A DNA stretch of 63,972 nucleotides, filler included, from Globobulimina sp. (taxonomy: Eukaryota), in NCBI GenBank assembly GCA_003354225.1. It is 24 parts of 24 records of this genome, joined end to end, with 100 filler letters (N's around TTAATTAATTAA, not from the genome) between each part and the next. Parts side by side here need not be neighbours in the genome. Positions count along the whole stretch, not along the records: positions 58,740 to 61,306 come from PIVH01005944.1; positions 61,407 to 63,972 come from PIVH01005945.1; 22 more parts are not named here. One strand, given 5' to 3'. Position 1 is the stretch's first letter, and each line of letters begins with the position of its first letter. Below the pieces are notes generated by a model. It made no database searches, was not told where the DNA came from, and was given only the letters and a program-made list of their open reading frames with translations. Of this stretch, positions 58,740 to 63,972 are shown one piece after another. Position numbers and translations under genes: made by a program.

Positions 58740-61274
58740 CGACTTTTTTTCGTGTTTTTTGATTTTATTAATTTTCAGAGCAACCTGTTTTGTGCTCGTA
58801 TTTGACAATTTGCGTCGGTTTATAATGCGGCATTTGCTCGTATTCCAATAATAGTTCCAGCCCATTGAGAATATTTTCACTCCGACGTCCAAGCCATTCA
58901 ATAACACCGTAATTCCAAGGATCAAATCCAACATTTCCGTGCTGTGTAAGCCGGGATAGATTCCAAACAGTGCGAATAAGATAATCTCTATGAAAATAAT
59001 CACTAATATCAATTGCGAAAAAGCTTCCGTTTCGACAATGTGTAATTGTATCCATGCTAACAATGTGTCGTCGTCCTGGATGATGTCAATCAATGTGGGT
59101 TTCTGATAGATTTCTTCCAGTTTGGTCACAAACTCTCGTATATCGATACGGTCATCGCCATCGGCATCAAAATTCTCAAACTCTAAATGCTGTTTCATTT
59201 CTTCATCAAACTTCAAAATATCTGTCGAATGTTTCAAATATTCGACAAACGACTCAAATTCGGTCTGACTGACTTCATTGTCATTATCCAAATTGATCAA
59301 AGAAAAGGCCGCCACATAGCCAGTCCGCTTGAAATATAATCTCCGCTCTCTTTCTTTATTATAAATCTGTTTAAACGACGTTTGGAATCGCGAGACAACC
59401 AAAGAAACCACAATCCAGGTTCCCAATACTGTGCATATTACGAAATAAGAGATTAAAAATGGCGATTTCTCGAAGGAGACATATACGATTTCACCATAAT
59501 TCTCCCCGCTTATTATAAATACGTAGCTGGTGAAGATCGAACGAATCGCATTTTGAAATGAATACACATTATACACATCCATTAAGTCGGTAAAGCGGAA
59601 TAAAATCACCCCGGACACGGCGGCAATGCCCAGCAACATTATAAATAATAACAGCGCGTCGGCAGCATTGATGGAGGTAATAGCCAATGCATAGCAGGCA
59701 CCAATTAATTTGTCATTGGACAAAATCAACAGAAACGGCCGTAATGGCACTAAGCGCGTAAAGGACTTGTTCGCCATTACAATGAGTATGACATCCACGA
59801 CGATCAATAACCAAATCAATCCGCGTAATGCGTATATATTCTTCTGCTGCGAGGGCGACATTAACGGATTCATTTTCGTGTTTTGCCATTTAAATTGAAT
59901 AAAACCGGTTAGAATTAAATCAAAACACTCGAAAACCAAACATAATATCTCTACATACAACGCATATTTCGGGTATCCTTTTTGTAGCGTTTCTTGCGTC
60001 AAAGGCCGCCAGAATACCAATAAAATGTGAATTGTAATTAAGATTTGCAACAGATATCGCCAGCTGCGCGACGACTGCAAACTATATAATTTTAGTCTGT
60101 ATTCCTTCGATTGTCCGTATTTCTCCATCTGTACCACGGTGATTATATTCATGCCGCGCTTCGCTTGATATATATGCCGCAATGCACGCTTATGATAATG
60201 ATCTGTAATGTCCTTACGTTTCGTAGGCAGTTCAGACTCAATATGCGTGGACGCTTGCTGTCGGATCCATGATTTCTCGCAACTTTCTCGCACGGTACCT
60301 CGGATGTTCTCAGATATAAAATCTAAAGATCGCAACAGCTCATCCTCGTCGTCAGGCTCCTCCTCATCATTGCAATTAACATTCTTACTGTGCTCTATAT
60401 GCGTTTCTGCACTCTCCTCATCCTCAGAAGCCATCGACTCTTCCTCCTCCTCCTCGTGATCACGGCTCGCCGTCACATTTCGAATGGTGTGCATAATTTG
60501 CTGCAAGTATAAATACTCCCAATTCCCGATATTCTCTTGAAACCTGCGATAAATCACAAAATGGATAAATAAGTAGATGATGACCCATCCAATGACGGAG
60601 ATTGAGCCCAATGTACTGTACACAACGTGGTCTCCCACGAAAATCGCACTGCCGATGGTGATAACCACCCTCCAGTTCAATTGCGCGTCCTTTGCATTCT
60701 CATACCAACAGTATACAATACACGGATAGCTCCACGAGGACCACGCTATCACTGCTTCGGTATTCTCGTTGTTGACGATCTGCGAGGTTTGATTGAGGTA
60801 AATGTAGCTCGATTGGACGTCGCTGTTTGTGCTCTCATTGCAGCGCATCACAGAGGTCAAGTCCTTGCCGTACGTGGTCTGCAATGTGCTGATCATATCA
60901 TTGCCGGTGACTGCTAATAAATAATCGTCGCTGTCACCTATCACCTTCGAATGGGTAAACATGTAAAAGGAGAAAGACACACTATTCGATGTATAACTTG
61001 TCACGATTTTCTCCTCTTGTTCTTCTACCACTTGTTTCATGCCACTTTCTTCCCAAATTAGTGAGTATGCCAAGTCTGCCAAGTTGTGCATAGATAATAA
61101 AGTACCAACATACATTTGCGAATTATTGCGCGATTTGGTTAACCCAACGTAACACACTTTGGCACCGCCAAAACAGGTAAATGGCACGGACCAAGCAATG
61201 ATTTTAACATCATTTACAAGTAATTGATACGTGTCATGTATTGCTTTGTATAACGTGCAATCCGTCACAGCCAT
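58740..61274 (-). CDS. Two-pore-channel-like cation channel with EF-hand linker and N-terminal Cache-like ectodomain + TM; truncated
   Basis: S4 RLVPLRPFLLI, pore FQNAIRSIFTSYVFIISGENY, S6 LVVSRFQTSF, EF-hands NLDNDNEVSQTEF and DADGDDRIDIREF, and the start of a second 6TM unit. The N-terminus has WSVPF...YVGTLLSMHNL...LNWRVVITI. Confidence 0.8.
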
Positions 61275-61851
61275 GGTTTGCTGCTCTTGGTAGCTTTAAT
61301 TGCACCNNNNNNNNNNNNNNNNNNNNNNNNNNNNNNNNNNNNNNNNNNNNTTAATTAATTAANNNNNNNNNNNNNNNNNNNNNNNNNNNNNNNNNNNNNN
61401 NNNNNNTGTTGATGTTTCCATTTGTACATGCAAAATATTGTCAGATCAGCGTGTACAAATGGAAAGATGAATAAGTAATGATCTGCCTTCTCAGATCTCG
61501 CGAAAATATGACAGAATTGTTGTAATATTTATATACAATAACTACATAATATAATATTGAAATTCTAGTGATATGAACGCATTGCTAGTATGTTCAAATA
61601 TGAATCCCAAAATAAGCTGTTTTTCACAAGTGTGTTGGGTAATCCGATGGGATTATACGTTTATGTCTTAAATAGTATGTTGACATCAAATCTGACTCTG
61701 AATAGGGACAAACTGGATCGATGCATTGGTTTTAATCCACTGTATGATTCGGTTCGAGAGTCTGTAGAAAAGGTAAGAGCTTGATCTGAGTTGGGATGAA
61801 TACTGAACACAGTTTTTTCAGCGTAAATTCGTTTTACTTGAATATATATAC

Positions 61852-63356
61852 ATGTCCAATAATTTCCCGTATGGGAGCAACGACTCAGGATTTGTACGTA
61901 GCGCTAGCACAGAAATTGACTATGGCGACATACCCGATAATATGAATGAACAGGAAATGAGAGCATATTTAACATTAGAATCTAAGCTTGTAATGCCAAA
62001 TCACAAAAAACGCGATTCATTCGAACAACAATGGAATGATGGTCGCTCAAAATATGATAATAAACAAGAAAAACAAAAAAAAACCCAACCTAAGCCGCAG
62101 TCACCGCAGTCGCCACAACAACCACAAAATTCAAACGTTGGATTTGTACCTCCACCGCCACAAAATATGAACTTTGCATTCCAAAAAAAACAAACAAAAC
62201 CAGCCGTATATAGCCAACAACCTACAAACCAGGCATACAAACCACAATATAATAATAGTAACAATACCAATAATATGAACAGTATATCACCGCAAAGATA
62301 CAGGAATGATACAAATACAACCAATACAACCAATGCTTCCTCTGTGTATCCGGACTCTGACTATCAAGACAGTTTAGACCCAATTTAATCGCGCAAAATC
62401 GCGCAATATACTTAAATATAAATATAAATATATGTACATATCAGCTGTGGTGGATAGGATGTCGACAGTAACCATCATATCACAGAAAGGGAAACATAAA
62501 CGGCAACATTCATTCAAAAAGCATGAAATCCCACAAAATATTCATAATCAACATCATGAACCAAACGGACAAAACAATGCCAATTTGCCCCCATTAAACC
62601 AAAGCAATCCAAATAATGCAACAGCACACTTTCCATACAATGGAAACACGAATGCAGTCAAAGATGCACCGCATAACACACATACGAATAATATGAATAT
62701 GAATGGATACACACAGCCCAAATCTGCGTTAACTGCGCAAATTGCACCGCAAAAACATCACCTTGCAAATCAAAATAGTGGCAAAAAAAGCGGAGTGATA
62801 CAATCTAGGAATGGCAAAGGACTGTTAGTCGTGAAACAAGTGCCATATTCTAAAAAAACACATGTATGTAATTGCTAATTATAATTGCTTTTTTTTATAT
62901 AATTGTTTTTTTTATAATTTGCAGGTGTGTTTGAACATTTATGTGGAGATCAAACCAGACCATGTGGAACATATAATCGTTTATTTTCAAAAACATTTCT
63001 CAGTGAAACAGTTTTTAGCGTTATTGAAGAATGAGACCAACAATGCGGCGTTTTGCAATGCAGAGTTGCAGATATTTTGTGCGGATGAGGGCGGTGATTT
63101 GGACGATGACTTCCCAGCGCCAGAAACCAATGCAATTATCGCAAATTTTGGAATCAAACACTTTTATATTAAATTAACCAATGAATTGAGCGATGAGCAA
63201 CGAAATGAAATACGAAGAACGACGATTCAACATAAATCACAATTGTCCAGCGAGGAACAAATGGATAAGATACATAATATAAATGATTATGAGTATGACG
63301 AAGATGAAGATGAATATGAAGAAGAAGACGAAGGCTGTAAATGTATTATATTATAA
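61852..63356 (+). CDS. Low-complexity protein with SIN1-type CRIM-like domain and C-terminal CAAX; introns 62372-62444 and 62864-62924
   Basis: IFCADEGGDLDDDFPAPETNAIIANFGIKHF resembles SIN1/Avo1 CRIM (IAEDDGEVDxDFPxL...IxKFG). Ends CKCIIL. Intron phases match. Confidence 0.7.
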
Positions 63357-63589
63357 TTTGACTTATATATTTCTTTTATACTATTGTAGAATTATAATTT
63401 TGTGTGTATAATTGTTTTTTTTTTACTGTTTACTTCTTACGCATGTTGCCTGAGATTTTGTGTAATATCTGACATGATACATTCCAATCCGTGGACTTTT
63501 CTGGAAAGTAGATTTTGAGGAAGAGTTTTTTGAATTATAAGTTTTTAGAAAATACTTAAAAAACCGCTATTCTTTCAAGCCAATTTGCC

Positions 63590-63972
63590 ATGCTGCTGTT
63601 ATCCATTTACACACTTTTAACTACATGTACCATTGCATCCACATATTACGTGTCAAGCAGTCCCGAAGCTGATTACAAATGCCTTGATGATGCCGATGGT
63701 ACCTGCACTATCCATTGTGATCAAGCTGCTACATACGACACACAGTTAGAAACCTCATTTGATTGTGTTAATAGCAGAGACTGTTATTTCTATTGTGACG
63801 AAAGAAAATGCGCAGAAAATGTTCACATCATAGCAACAAATAGCAGTAACTTGCATGTTATCGTCGGTATAAATGGAGAGGAATGTATGAGCGGAGCAGT
63901 TATAGATACACCAAAATCTGGCAATGCAACATTCGATATGGGAAATTCCATTAAAGGCCTTGCTGGAATGAC
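63590..63972 (+). CDS. Secreted Cys-rich surface protein, 5' part (absent from the ORF track)
   Basis: MLLLSIYTLLTTCTIASTYY...CTIHCD...FDC....CYFYCDERKC; frame open to the window end. Confidence 0.65.
   Translation, partial: MLLLSIYTLLTTCTIASTYYVSSSPEADYKCLDDADGTCTIHCDQAATYDTQLETSFDCVNSRDCYFYCDERKCAENVHIIATNSSNLHVIVGINGEECMSGAVIDTPKSGNATFDMGNSIKGLAGM

Noticed and set aside
2573-61406. Regular TTAATTAATTAA palindromes every 2.67 kb, suggesting telomere-like ends or nanochromosomes
   Set aside because: They are embedded in N runs and identical each time. They are an artificial concatenation linker, and genes are cut arbitrarily at the junctions.
1-63972. Gene neighbourhood across contigs as an operon or system (e.g. 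GFAT + chitin-binding protein + glycosyltransferase)
   Set aside because: Contigs are ordered by length only, so adjacency across spacers has no biological meaning.

Overview
This window is not one locus. It is 24 unrelated eukaryotic contigs of about 2.57 kb, length-sorted (2572 down to 2566 bp) and joined by artificial 100-nt spacers (N44-TTAATTAATTAA-N44). The DNA is AT-rich and gene-dense with short GT-AG introns (mostly 50-110 nt), consistent with a protist genome; a foraminiferan or other rhizarian is my inference, and more than one organism may be present. Recognisable genes: GFAT, frataxin (not recovered whole by the ORF track), PHF5A, BBS2, an ABCG transporter, VPS16, Rac, TMEM70, a GT32 glycosyltransferase, a La-related protein, a Cys-less pentameric ligand-gated channel, several 7TM proteins and a pseudokinase. 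The most interesting observations are: (1) a two-pore-channel-like protein fused to an N-terminal Cache-like sensor; (2) a Polinton/adintovirus-type packaging ATPase with a C2H2 finger and three 52-54 nt introns, one splitting Walker A; (3) a SET + DUF4246 (2OG-Fe(II) oxygenase-like) fusion; (4) a spliced CAP-Gly + PP2A-B56 fusion; (5) in-frame stops at conserved positions in frataxin and GFAT, both explainable by one G:C>T:A change; (6) intergenic gaps of only 22-70 bp; (7) a thrombospondin-3 + chitin-binding protein; (8) an array of GNA-triloop DNA hairpins. All family calls come from motif recognition by eye, not database searches.
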